Shown here: positions 10,325 to 20,565 of the stretch, in pieces | How the letters are laid out: every line of letters starts with the position of its first letter | Position numbering within the stretch: the stretch's first letter is position 1 | Virus record (IMG/VR): IMGVR_UViG_3300002503_000002 | Coordinates: 4,956 to 68,955 of that record | Source of the DNA: a virus | Strand: one strand, 5' to 3' | DNA length: 64,000 nt | The notes under the pieces: model-generated | Told to the model about the DNA's origin: nothing | The model's input: the letters and a program-made list of their open reading frames with translations, nothing else | Database searches by the model: none | Translations under genes and position numbers: made by a program

Positions 10325-12492
10325 CGGATTATGATATCAAATTAAACTCAGGAACAGAATTGAGCGCACTTTTGTCTCTTGGCGAATTCTCTGAAATAAC
10401 CAAAAATAAAACACTTTTTATCAGTGATTCTACAACATTGACATTGAATACTAACATACATGCAAATTCTATATTTGTTGGGACCGATGGCACTACACTA
10501 TCGAACGAAACAGGTACATTAAAATTACAATCACCATATCAGATTACATTTCCAGATGTACATCCTTTGACGGTTGACCCTCGTATCATATGGGCCACGG
10601 ATGGGAGCAGAGAAGTAGATAGAGGCTCTGGTGTAAAAATAGATGATTTATCTGGGAATGGAAATTATGGTACACGAGGTTCAGGAACATATCAAACAGG
10701 CCCATGGCATATTGCAGGTTTACAACTTTTATATGATATGCAGACTTTAGTAGAATCAGGCGCAAGTGTAGGTAAGATGAAAGATTTATCTGGTAATGCA
10801 AGACATGGAAGTTTCACTTCTGGTTGCATAACAGTAAAAGGTAAATTTGGGCAAGCGCAAGAATATAGAATAAATGATGATTATGGTGGACTTGTAAATG
10901 CATTCATTGAGAGTACGGATTTAGACCTATCACTTCCATTTTCATTAAGTGCATGGGTATATCGAAAACCTCAGACTGACACAATAGGCAGGATAATTGA
11001 TAAGGGAACAAATTATATATTAGCAATAAAGAATGACGGTGCTCTACATTTCCAGTTTACAGATGCTGGTCCTACAACTAGGATAGCTACTACAGCAGCA
11101 TCTACAGTTCCTCTAAATACATGGACGCATGTTATCGTAAAAGTTGTAGCAAATACGACAAACACAGATGTAACTTTTTATGTCAATGGGGCACAAGTAG
11201 GATCAACTCAAACATTGACGAATCAACCTACATTAAATAATACATTAGTACGTATAGGATCACATAATGGTGGTGAATTGTTTCAAGGAATTTTAGATGA
11301 TGTTTCTATTTTTAATACTGCATTAACAGCAAAGCAGATTAGAATATTATCTGAAACTGGTTATATTGACTATGGATGGTATTTTGACTTTGATGCAAAT
11401 GGCAGAATAGATGTGACCAATACACAAATATTAAATCCTAAAAAGTTAACAATCTTATTTTGGTTAAAGAGATTTACTGATGGTTCAGGAGAATTTAGTA
11501 TTGTCAGAAAAACACCATCAGCCGCTCCTCCAATTAGTGGATTTGAATTATTACTGACAAACTCGAACAAAGTTAAATTTACTATAGCTAATGATGCAAC
11601 ATCAAAAGATTTGCTTCGTTCTACTTCTTCTAGTGGGTCTGTTACATCTGGTTCATGGAAACATGTTGCTGTTACGTATAATGGAACTAGTTTAAGAATA
11701 TATATCGATGGTGTGTTGGATGTAGAGAGGACATATGACACATTTTTAGGTATACAAGAAAATACATCTAATTTATTATTCGGCAATTCTGGAAATGATT
11801 ACATATTAGATGAGTTTTATATGTTTAATGAAGCCTTAACCCCATCAGAGATATGGGCCTATAAGACTCTTTCAGAGAGTTCCGTGGGTAAGATGATTGG
11901 TCTTACTGTCTCAGAATCTGGCAATGTCATAACGGATACGACAACGAATCCTATATCCTTTGGTGCAGAATCCAACTTATATCCTACATTTACCGCAGAG
12001 AATGAAAATCCACGTTATCGATATGATATGTTTGTACAGGGGACAGGATGGACAGCATCACATTATCTATTACGTGGTCATTCAGTTGGATTCGTATTGC
12101 AATCGACTACATCGGGACTCAACGAGGATTTTATGTTTAATTATATACCGGAAGATATCCTGTCTATCAATGACAGTGGTGTTGACCCGCCAATAACTAA
12201 TATTATCAATAGATTGGGCAATGTTAGTAGAATCAAGAAGATAGGTTATTCACCCAGAGAAGTTTCATTTGCTCTACGTTTGAGTTTAGAGGATTCTAGT
12301 GGTCTTTCATTATATCGTAGATTCGAACAATTGGGTTCCACAACATATAAGGAATCTGATATATTCAATATTATCACAGACAAGAATGTGTTAATAGGAT
12401 ATCAACTGACTAATATAGATATATCACCAATTCAAAGTTCCAGATATAAATTAGTAGATATCAGCATATCATTTACTAAAAGAGTATTATAA
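10321..12492 (+). CDS. Distal-tail-like protein carrying two LamG (concanavalin A-like) domains
   Basis: DLSGN, WxHV, YVNG/YIDG and LDD/LDE..FN.ALT motifs; C-terminal GYSPREVSF Dit-like segment; follows the tape measure gene. Confidence 0.7.
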   Translation: MTDYDIKLNSGTELSALLSLGEFSEITKNKTLFISDSTTLTLNTNIHANSIFVGTDGTTLSNETGTLKLQSPYQITFPDVHPLTVDPRIIWATDGSREVDRGSGVKIDDLSGNGNYGTRGSGTYQTGPWHIAGLQLLYDMQTLVESGASVGKMKDLSGNARHGSFTSGCITVKGKFGQAQEYRINDDYGGLVNAFIESTDLDLSLPFSLSAWVYRKPQTDTIGRIIDKGTNYILAIKNDGALHFQFTDAGPTTRIATTAASTVPLNTWTHVIVKVVANTTNTDVTFYVNGAQVGSTQTLTNQPTLNNTLVRIGSHNGGELFQGILDDVSIFNTALTAKQIRILSETGYIDYGWYFDFDANGRIDVTNTQILNPKKLTILFWLKRFTDGSGEFSIVRKTPSAAPPISGFELLLTNSNKVKFTIANDATSKDLLRSTSSSGSVTSGSWKHVAVTYNGTSLRIYIDGVLDVERTYDTFLGIQENTSNLLFGNSGNDYILDEFYMFNEALTPSEIWAYKTLSESSVGKMIGLTVSESGNVITDTTTNPISFGAESNLYPTFTAENENPRYRYDMFVQGTGWTASHYLLRGHSVGFVLQSTTSGLNEDFMFNYIPEDILSINDSGVDPPITNIINRLGNVSRIKKIGYSPREVSFALRLSLEDSSGLSLYRRFEQLGSTTYKESDIFNIITDKNVLIGYQLTNIDISPIQSSRYKLVDISISFTKRVL

Positions 12493-12504
12493 TGAGGAAA
12501 TAAG

Positions 12505-15500
12505 ATGCCGTACCCGCAAGCATGGAGATTTCTTATAAGGCCACAGGGATATAAGGAATTGTTTGGCCAGCCTGCACCAACAAGTTTGGAACACTCTAGT
12601 TGGACTGTAATTCATAAAAAGAAAAGCGGAGAGAATTATAATCCTGCATGGGTATTGATAGAAGATACAAAAATAACAGGTTCTGCTTCAAATGGTACGA
12701 TATATGATGACCGTCTAGTATCCAGAGAATTCAAATTAGGTTCTAGGAATTTCACGTTTACTTTTGATTTGGCAATACCGCTAGTAACGAGTGGCAATTT
12801 GTCTGTTGGTCTTATTCATACGTCAGCACCGAGCACAGGTACAACAAATGAGTTTAAGAATTGCATATGGCTTAATTTCTCTAGTGATGTTAGTAATGGT
12901 TATGTTACATTACGTGCAGCAGATACTACCACAACAGTATCATCCTCAGCAATCACTATTACATCCTTAGCCACAGAGAAATACTATACGCTTCAAAGAA
13001 ATGGCAATACAATCACATTGACGATATATACAGACAGTGGGCGAACTACGCAATTTGCCACACAATCAATCAACATATCATCGTTATCTATACATAATCT
13101 GAATTATATACAGTTTGCGAATTATCCAGATGATGCTTCCTTTCCTTATACTGGTTTCAATGGTGAATTTAAAAACATCAAACTTGTAATAGACAAGTAT
13201 ATCGATATCAATGAAAATTCTATATCGGGCCTAATGGACTTTAATCTAAATATCAGTAAAGATAAAGTAAAGACATTAGACCTGCAATTTGATGATTCGA
13301 ATGATTTGTTAAGAGACATAGAATCCAGTGATGAAGTTCTTGCATGGCTCGATAATACATCTGATGGTCTTGTTCTTTCATATGATATGGAAAGCAAAGA
13401 TGTAGATGGAAAGATGATAGATTTTTCTGGTAATGATTTCAATGGGACCATTACTGGCACTTCGTTAGTTGTTGGCAAAGTAGAACAGGGAACAGATTTT
13501 ACTGTTAATACACATAATATATCCATATCTAATAATTCTACATTAAATTTGGGAACTAATTTTACATTAGCAACTTGGGTTAAAGTGGATACTCTAACGA
13601 ACAATGCTACAATCTTTAGGAAGATAATATCTACGCCTACTAGGGGATATCTATTACGTATACAGACAAATGGCTCTATCAATGCAGAGATATGGAATAA
13701 TGGAAATGAAACAGATTTTGTGACAGCAACGGGGGTTATAACAACAGGGATATTTTATCATATCATATTTACTCATGATAATGGTACTGGAAAAATATAT
13801 GTAAATGGTAAGGAAATTGCTGTAACAAAGACTGGGACACAGACACAGCCAGAAGCGCATACAAATTCATTACTGATAGGGAAATCAGAAGGAGGGACTA
13901 CTGAAACAATAGATGGTATTATTGATGAAGCTGTCATATATAGTCGTACATTATCTTCGACTGAAATAAGGGATTATTATGACAGAGCAGGAAGATGCCC
14001 TAAATTATATTTTGATGGTATTGTAGAGAATCTAAACAGAAAGAATGAAAATGTTTCAATAGAAGCTTCAGATAATTTGAATGAATTGACTGGCACAGAA
14101 TTATATGATTTAATTGTCGAAGGACAGACATTAATTGCTACAAAGGGCGGTACATCTGACATCATAGCACATAGTTTTGGGACGTTTGAATCTCGAAGAA
14201 TAGATACGATACAAAATGGCGTATATAGAAAAGCCACAGTTACTCCTATTTTGGATTCTAATGGCGGATTATTATTAGATTCAACTTATAATGTAGAAAA
14301 TATATATGTCGGTATCAATAAGGGATGTTCTAGTGTACCTGTGGGCAGTGAAATATTTGAATCGAATCTAAGTAATACGAATAGAGTGGATTTTGCTTTT
14401 ACGGCGCAAAGTACAAGGATAAATTCAATCACTATTTTTCTTAATGTAAATTTAACAAATCTATCAACACAACATCTTTTAGTCAAATTATATGGAAATA
14501 AAGAAAACACAAGTACAGATGCTAAAGACATACCCGATACAGCCCGTACTATTATTTCAAAGACACACACATTTACAACAAGTGATAATATTGGCGATTT
14601 CATGCCAATAACCATAGATTTGACAGGTGCTACATGGAATGAGGAATTAACTAAAAATGCAAAATATTGGTTTTCATTCATGACAGATTTTGTTGCTGGA
14701 ACCCCTCCACTAATAAGAATCATGTTTTCTAACGCAGAATTTGAAATAAACACTGAGGTCCATGATAATCTTGGAGGGATAGATTCTTGGTATCGATATT
14801 TTTCTGCTCTTAAGAGTATTGTATATGACGATTTAGATGAAAGTTCTGAAGAACAATTGAATACTGAGTATACGATTAAATATTCAGATAATTATGTGGG
14901 TCTTCCAGTTAGTGATATATCAACGGGTACATGGACAACAACTCCCCTGTACCAAAAAATAGATGATGTGGTTATTAGTGATGCAGATTTTATAACTTGC
15001 AGTGGAATCAAAACAGCAGATACTGCCAACGTATTGTTATCTAATCTTGCGAATCCAAATACAAATATAAATCATACATTTACATTTAGGGCAAGAAAGA
15101 GCGCAATTGGAACAATAACACTCCTTGTTAGACTGGTTGAAGGGGCGTCTATTAGAGCCTCTTATACGCCCACATTGACAACATCCTTTGCTACTTATTC
15201 GTATACATTATCTACCGCCGAAGCAGATTCGATAGAAAACTATGGTGATTTAAAATTATTATTTTTATATACAGGTGATAATGCTTCCTCGTCTGTAGAT
15301 GTATCATATGCTCAATTCTCACTCCCATTAGGTTGGCATTTAGAATGGAGATTAAGTCCAGATAAGTTTAATTGGTCTGAGATTTTACTTCCCGGCGGTA
15401 GTCAAAATGAGGTTATTTTCAACTTGCCGAATCATATTGTGATGGGTTATTATTATACAAAGAAATCAATGGTATTGAAAAATATCATAGAACGCATATT

Positions 15501-17016
15501 ACGGAAAACAAAAAGACTAAGAGGACAATATTCTGGGAGATCGACAACACAAAATATTGGTCTATATTACGCACAGGGTAATACATTGTTAGAGAATATA
15601 CGTAAACTATGTAATATAAGTAATTCACAGTATATCAATAAATATAGTAATATAATAACAATCGAGGATGCAAAGACCCGTTCTACATTATATAATGGTA
15701 CGATGGAACAAAATACGGGTTGGACATATAGACAATCCGTGGGCAGTAATGGCATCAATGATGGATATATTGGAATTGCAAGGACAGGCAGCAGAGCTTA
15801 TCGTTTACGCATTGGGACGATAGCAGCATCAGAAACGGTGGAAATATATCAGGACATAGATAATTGGAGTGGAGATGTTTCAGCATGGTGCAAGATAAAT
15901 ACAGTCGATGTAAGTTGGACAGTAAAAATAGAAAAGGAAGATTATGGTGGTGGTGGAACGAGAAGCACAGTTGCCTCCATATCACCAACGACAACAGATT
16001 ATACTAAATTATCTGGTTCTGTTTCGAATATAAAATTCAGATTGATTCTGTCTTTAACGAAAGGGACAGACCCCTTGGAATTCCCAGAAACTAATTATGT
16101 GGATATCGATGATGTATATCAAGGCCCTGTTTATTATGGTTTCAAGGATGGTTTTGCCACTAATGTCGGTCAGGACCCATTACAAGAAATATTCATTGGG
16201 TATGACAATCTATCTCGGGAGGGGGAATTGGATAAAATAGTGAATCTTGGTGTTGTAACTGAAGAAACACAAAAATCATCATCTTTTAATAATAAGATTC
16301 CTATTTCTGCGTCTAAGAATATTAAATTATATGATAAATTTGGTCCTCGTGTTTCATTCAGAAAAGTAGGAAATATGAAACAAAGCGAAGATAGATATCT
16401 TGCAGCGAAGGCATTATTAAATACAGAATTCGAGGAAACCATATCTTTCCAAGTTTCAAATCAAATGGCGTTCTTGCTTGGTCAATCTATTTACGTTCTA
16501 GACCCTAATACAAACATCAATGAATGGTCTTATTATAATATAGATAATGTTGTAATCGGGCCACATACAACAAAAATCAATAGTATTGAAATTAAGGCAT
16601 TAGATATAAATTATATACAGGCAATCAAAGAAAAAACAGAAGACGATACAACGATGGATGAAACGGAAACATTGTCCAAAACACTGAAATATATGGTTAT
16701 AATGGACACACAATTAGGAACAGGTAGTTCTATTGGTACTATATCATATGCAAAAATCTATTATGGTGCAACTGAATTCAAATCAAGATTGTATAATGTC
16801 CCAGATATTGGCGTCCATGTGTTTGAGTTCAAAAAGAAGGATACTCCGACGACATTCACTACAAATACGTATATGACCAAAATAGACATATTCAATACAT
16901 TAGACGAGAAAGTGGGTTCGGCCACATTCTCATTGGGGGATCGTTTCGTGAAAACCAAGAATATGAACCTGATTATCATTCTATTTGACCGTAGGGTGTT
17001 GTTAGGTCTGACGTAA
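12505..17016 (+). CDS. Baseplate hub / tail-tip protein with inserted LamG and carbohydrate-binding-like modules
   Basis: Hub motifs LYFDGIVE...IEASD.L..L and KNIIERIL...TLLENIRKL; one LamG (DFSGN...IDEAVIYSRTLS). Confidence 0.7.
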   Translation: MPYPQAWRFLIRPQGYKELFGQPAPTSLEHSSWTVIHKKKSGENYNPAWVLIEDTKITGSASNGTIYDDRLVSREFKLGSRNFTFTFDLAIPLVTSGNLSVGLIHTSAPSTGTTNEFKNCIWLNFSSDVSNGYVTLRAADTTTTVSSSAITITSLATEKYYTLQRNGNTITLTIYTDSGRTTQFATQSINISSLSIHNLNYIQFANYPDDASFPYTGFNGEFKNIKLVIDKYIDINENSISGLMDFNLNISKDKVKTLDLQFDDSNDLLRDIESSDEVLAWLDNTSDGLVLSYDMESKDVDGKMIDFSGNDFNGTITGTSLVVGKVEQGTDFTVNTHNISISNNSTLNLGTNFTLATWVKVDTLTNNATIFRKIISTPTRGYLLRIQTNGSINAEIWNNGNETDFVTATGVITTGIFYHIIFTHDNGTGKIYVNGKEIAVTKTGTQTQPEAHTNSLLIGKSEGGTTETIDGIIDEAVIYSRTLSSTEIRDYYDRAGRCPKLYFDGIVENLNRKNENVSIEASDNLNELTGTELYDLIVEGQTLIATKGGTSDIIAHSFGTFESRRIDTIQNGVYRKATVTPILDSNGGLLLDSTYNVENIYVGINKGCSSVPVGSEIFESNLSNTNRVDFAFTAQSTRINSITIFLNVNLTNLSTQHLLVKLYGNKENTSTDAKDIPDTARTIISKTHTFTTSDNIGDFMPITIDLTGATWNEELTKNAKYWFSFMTDFVAGTPPLIRIMFSNAEFEINTEVHDNLGGIDSWYRYFSALKSIVYDDLDESSEEQLNTEYTIKYSDNYVGLPVSDISTGTWTTTPLYQKIDDVVISDADFITCSGIKTADTANVLLSNLANPNTNINHTFTFRARKSAIGTITLLVRLVEGASIRASYTPTLTTSFATYSYTLSTAEADSIENYGDLKLLFLYTGDNASSSVDVSYAQFSLPLGWHLEWRLSPDKFNWSEILLPGGSQNEVIFNLPNHIVMGYYYTKKSMVLKNIIERILRKTKRLRGQYSGRSTTQNIGLYYAQGNTLLENIRKLCNISNSQYINKYSNIITIEDAKTRSTLYNGTMEQNTGWTYRQSVGSNGINDGYIGIARTGSRAYRLRIGTIAASETVEIYQDIDNWSGDVSAWCKINTVDVSWTVKIEKEDYGGGGTRSTVASISPTTTDYTKLSGSVSNIKFRLILSLTKGTDPLEFPETNYVDIDDVYQGPVYYGFKDGFATNVGQDPLQEIFIGYDNLSREGELDKIVNLGVVTEETQKSSSFNNKIPISASKNIKLYDKFGPRVSFRKVGNMKQSEDRYLAAKALLNTEFEETISFQVSNQMAFLLGQSIYVLDPNTNINEWSYYNIDNVVIGPHTTKINSIEIKALDINYIQAIKEKTEDDTTMDETETLSKTLKYMVIMDTQLGTGSSIGTISYAKIYYGATEFKSRLYNVPDIGVHVFEFKKKDTPTTFTTNTYMTKIDIFNTLDEKVGSATFSLGDRFVKTKNMNLIIILFDRRVLLGLT

Positions 17017-17110
17017 TATATACTTCTATTCTAGACAACAATGTACATTTTAGTACACTGTAAGTATGTATAACAGGTCTATTTTAGGGCGTTTTAAGAC
17101 CTCATTTAAT

Positions 17111-17320
17111 TCAGGCTGTATCTTTCATCATCTGATTAAATTTAGCCATGTATTCCTCACCTAATACGTTCTTAAGAGGGTATAGGCGATGACCACAGAA
17201 GGCACAGAACGTATAATTACCTGTCTGCCCCAAGACCCATACTCCATTGTGCTTATAACAGGATGGGCATATCTTCTTATTCTCCAATCCTCCACTTCCT
17301 TTGGGTCGCCCCCTTGTCAT
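17111..17320 (-). CDS. Small Zn-ribbon protein with AT-hook-like RGRPK N-terminus
   Basis: MTRGRPK, CPSC...CAFC; start refined to the ATG after GGGGGA. Confidence 0.6.
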   Translation of the reverse strand: MTRGRPKGSGGLENKKICPSCYKHNGVWVLGQTGNYTFCAFCGHRLYPLKNVLGEEYMAKFNQMMKDTA

Positions 17321-17321
17321 A

Positions 17322-17567
17322 TCAAGTCCCCCCACATTCTCTGTTATCCCCACATTCTTCGCACCTATCATACTGACAATGCCATCCTTCCCCACGCTCA
17401 TATTTCAAAAAATGTAAAAATGGTTTGAACCATCCCTTATTATCTTCGCCATCCTGTATATTATATTCCTCTTGGTCCAAATAATTCAATAGACCGTCTA
17501 TCTGCTCGTCCGTAAAATGATAATGGTCACTTGGGCCTCTACAACCACATGCTCTCGGTTTATTCAT
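17322..17567 (-). CDS. Small Cys/His-rich hypothetical protein
   Basis: CGC..H.H and C...CEEC; packed against the polymerase gene. Confidence 0.55.
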   Translation of the reverse strand: MNKPRACGCRGPSDHYHFTDEQIDGLLNYLDQEEYNIQDGEDNKGWFKPFLHFLKYERGEGWHCQYDRCEECGDNRECGGT

Positions 17568-17571
17568 ATTC

Positions 17572-19863
17572 TCACATCCACGTAGACAAATCCATCTGTT
17601 TCGTCTTCTCTTTTGGTTCATCACTCTTCTTCTCTATCAAAATTCCCAGTCTTTTGAACATTGGTACAAACTGACTGTTCCATATATATCTATATTGTTC
17701 CACTGTTAATTGTATGATTGTATCATCTGCAATGGGTAATATATTCTCTGGTTTCTTCCCTGTCTTTATGAATCCTATCTTCTCTCCCCTATGCATTATC
17801 AATTTACCCTGTTCTTCCAATATCCGTGCTGCTCTTAAATGTGCTGGTAATACCTCATAATCATCTGCATGTTTCCCCAATGCTTTATACATGACTAATT
17901 GTTGGTCTAACGCACCAGATGCTAATTTATTCCAGTATTCCTCTGTATATTGATATAACTGTTCTATAGTATATCCATCTAATATCTTCTCCAATACTTC
18001 TTGTTGTGCTTGTCTCTTCGCTTCACTTGTATCATGTCTGACTATTTCAAACCCCTTTATCAATAATTTGTTTGTAGGACCATCACGCCATGTCATTCTA
18101 GCCACATACTTCTTTTTTGTTCCCTTCCCCTGTATATTGGCTGGAACATACATAACAGAACATAGTTTATCGATATCCAATTTAAAATGAGATGGATATA
18201 TATCAGAAATTGCATGTAGATAATTCTTAGTCTCTGCTGTTAATTTATTCGCTAAATCCTTGGCTTTGTCTATATCCAAGTCTGGTAATTGCAAGAATAC
18301 ACTATCTGTATCACCGCCAATGACTCTTATATTCATAGATTGTAGTGTTTCATCTAGGAATTTAATCACCATCTGGCCAGTCAGCGTGATATTCTCGGCT
18401 ATGTCCTTATTGAAATATCTGCTATAGAACGACCCGATTACACCATAGATACTATTCGCTAGAACCTTATAGGCATTGTAGGTTGCATCGGCTACTATAT
18501 ATTCATCAGATGTTGGCGATAATTCCATCTTTTTCTCCCGCCATTCATTCCGCGTTTTCAATACATAGGAAAGACCCTCAGAAAATACACTCTTTGGCGT
18601 GGATACGAAACTTCCCCTGCCTATGGGAGATTTGATATCACCGATATTATCATCTCTATATGTCTCTGGCCCTATGTTAAATGACATTACAATGGTCGGG
18701 TACAGAGCATTGACATCAAGAACGGCTATGTTATTATGAACTCCGGGAATGGGATTTAAGACCATGGCCCCTTCATACTTTTCCTCACGTTCATCCTTAT
18801 CATCCTCATATTGTTGTTTAGTGGGCCATATGACTCTTTCCTTTCTATTTACAGACAGACGTAATATCAAGCCATCTACTGCCACAGAGTTATTGAATTC
18901 TTTCTTATTCTGTTTATGTACCTTCATTAAATCCCTGACATTGGTGTGGGTGATATTAGCAATATTGAATACGATATGGACCATATTCCATTTCTTGTCC
19001 AAGTCATATATGATTCTAACATCATCTAGGTTATATTCTTTTAATGTATTGATATCATGTTCGAAATAATACAATAAATCCTTGATATTTATTTTTCTCT
19101 TCCTAGTTGGTAATTCTTCTTTATCTGCTATATGCTCCAGTGAGAACATGTCCCTTTGTATCAATAATATAAATTTGTACACGGCCCTCAAATCGATATG
19201 AATATGATTATACCACTCATATTCTATATCCAATATCCTACAACGATTAATCAAATATGGCCAATCGAAGTTATTACCATTGAATGTACATATGACTGGG
19301 TATTTATCGATGAAAGCAAGACAGTCTCTAATTAATTGCGTCTCATTCCTATCGGAATAAAAGTATTCCTGCCCATCGTTTGTCTTGACAGCAATGGATA
19401 ATATACGTTTCAGGGCCTGTTGTTCGTCGGGTATCCCATCTGTAGGGTCTGTCTCGATATCTATGAACAGCCATTTCTTAGGCAATTGCACACGCCAATC
19501 AAGGTCAATCATCACCCTTCTATTATATGGGACATCCGCTTCAAAGGTATTTGTGATGCCTATCAATTGTCTTATCCTTGGAACTACACTAGGCGATGGC
19601 GTATTTATTTTAAGTAATTTCTTTCCTTGGTATGTAAATGGGACATCTTCGATTTCTATGATAGATGGAAGATTCATATTCTGGGCAATATCAGAATATG
19701 CTAAGAAATATGGTTTGACTGGTAATGGTATTTCCTGCACAGGTAATCTATAACCATCATCATCTGTCGTATATAATCTGACTACAGGGTCCTCATATTC
19801 ATTAAAATGCCAATCAATGTGGTAAAGATTGTTGGGTGGTTTCTGGTTTATCATAATATGCAT
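17572..19863 (-). CDS. polB: Family B DNA polymerase, archaeal type, with 3'-5' exonuclease
   Basis: ExoI DIET, ExoII FNGNNFD, ExoIII YNLDD; DVNALYPT, KVLANSIYG, GDTDS, KKKY; N-terminal FEADVPYNRR. Confidence 0.97.
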   Translation of the reverse strand: MHIMINQKPPNNLYHIDWHFNEYEDPVVRLYTTDDDGYRLPVQEIPLPVKPYFLAYSDIAQNMNLPSIIEIEDVPFTYQGKKLLKINTPSPSVVPRIRQLIGITNTFEADVPYNRRVMIDLDWRVQLPKKWLFIDIETDPTDGIPDEQQALKRILSIAVKTNDGQEYFYSDRNETQLIRDCLAFIDKYPVICTFNGNNFDWPYLINRCRILDIEYEWYNHIHIDLRAVYKFILLIQRDMFSLEHIADKEELPTRKRKINIKDLLYYFEHDINTLKEYNLDDVRIIYDLDKKWNMVHIVFNIANITHTNVRDLMKVHKQNKKEFNNSVAVDGLILRLSVNRKERVIWPTKQQYEDDKDEREEKYEGAMVLNPIPGVHNNIAVLDVNALYPTIVMSFNIGPETYRDDNIGDIKSPIGRGSFVSTPKSVFSEGLSYVLKTRNEWREKKMELSPTSDEYIVADATYNAYKVLANSIYGVIGSFYSRYFNKDIAENITLTGQMVIKFLDETLQSMNIRVIGGDTDSVFLQLPDLDIDKAKDLANKLTAETKNYLHAISDIYPSHFKLDIDKLCSVMYVPANIQGKGTKKKYVARMTWRDGPTNKLLIKGFEIVRHDTSEAKRQAQQEVLEKILDGYTIEQLYQYTEEYWNKLASGALDQQLVMYKALGKHADDYEVLPAHLRAARILEEQGKLIMHRGEKIGFIKTGKKPENILPIADDTIIQLTVEQYRYIWNSQFVPMFKRLGILIEKKSDEPKEKTKQMDLSTWM

Positions 19864-20086
19864 CCTGTAATTCTTTGCTCAGAAAATCCAACTGTCTGGC
19901 CTTTTCATTTCGTTTCTGGTATGTGGTACATTGAAAACGCCCATCTGTGAACATCTTTAATTTTATGGAATCGGCTTCACAACGCATTGTCTTATTGAAA
20001 CGACAAGAGCGGGCAGGACACCATATGCGTCTCTTAAATTTGAATTTCTCTTTCTTTTGTTTTTTCTTCGTTTCCTTGCTGTCCAT
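19814..20086 (-). CDS. DUF1540-like Cys-rich protein
   Basis: IWCPARSCRFN...CEADSI...CTTY. Confidence 0.6.
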   Translation of the reverse strand: MDSKETKKKQKKEKFKFKRRIWCPARSCRFNKTMRCEADSIKLKMFTDGRFQCTTYQKRNEKARQLDFLSKELQDAYYDKPETTQQSLPH

Positions 20087-20318
20087 CTTTAATACCATCC
20101 ATTTTCATAAGGCAGAATAATAGGATATTAATACCATCATATATATCATCATATTTCTTATCCAAGAAATCTATATCTATCCATCTGGCTCTCTTCACTT
20201 TGACCAAAGCATATGCCAACAATTCCTCTAATGTGAATTCTTGCCAGATATCACCATAAGGAGATTTCTTATGGATTTCCAAAGCCTTTTCAATATGTTT
20301 CAATATATTATCGTTCAT
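20034..20318 (-). CDS. Nucleotide-modification-associated domain 1 / DUF1599-like helical protein
   Basis: KK..YGD.W......K.KR......DDIYDGIN pattern; real start placed at MNDN, right after tRNA-Gly. Confidence 0.6.
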   Translation of the reverse strand: MNDNILKHIEKALEIHKKSPYGDIWQEFTLEELLAYALVKVKRARWIDIDFLDKKYDDIYDGINILLFCLMKMDGIKDGQQGNEEKTKEREIQI

Positions 20319-20390
20319 GCGGCACCCCCGAGTCGAACAGGGACCTTCTCCTTGGAAGGGAGATATGCTGGCCATTGACACCAGTACCGC
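20318..20390 (-). tRNA. tRNA-Gly(UCC)
   Basis: GCGGTAC/GTGCCGC acceptor, TCTCC-CTTCCAA-GGAGA anticodon arm, TTCGACT T-loop, A73, no encoded CCA. Confidence 0.92.
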
Positions 20391-20391
20391 A

Positions 20392-20463
20392 TGGACCTAG
20401 CCGGAGTTGAACCAGCATCTTCAGGTTGCAAACCTGATATGTTTCCATTGACACCATAGGCCC
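20392..20463 (-). tRNA. tRNA-Ala(UGC)
   Basis: GGGCCTA/TAGGTCC acceptor with G3:U70, TCAGG-TTTGCAA-CCTGA anticodon arm, A73. Confidence 0.9.
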
Positions 20464-20476
20464 GTATTATTTTTGA

Positions 20477-20547
20477 TGGAATCGTCCGGAATCGAACCGG
20501 GTTCATACGGTCTTCAGCCGTGCGCTTTCCCATTAAGCTACAATTCC
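20477..20547 (-). tRNA. tRNA-Phe(GAA)
   Basis: GGAATTG/CGATTCC acceptor, ACGG-CTGAAGA-CCGT anticodon arm with G37, TTCGATT T-loop; two stem-end mismatches. Confidence 0.88.
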
Positions 20548-20565
20548 TTATATTATCATCATTAG

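Noticed and set aside
17017-17110. Origin, att site or genome terminus at the convergent junction
   Set aside because: No iterons, long inverted repeats or integrase support it.
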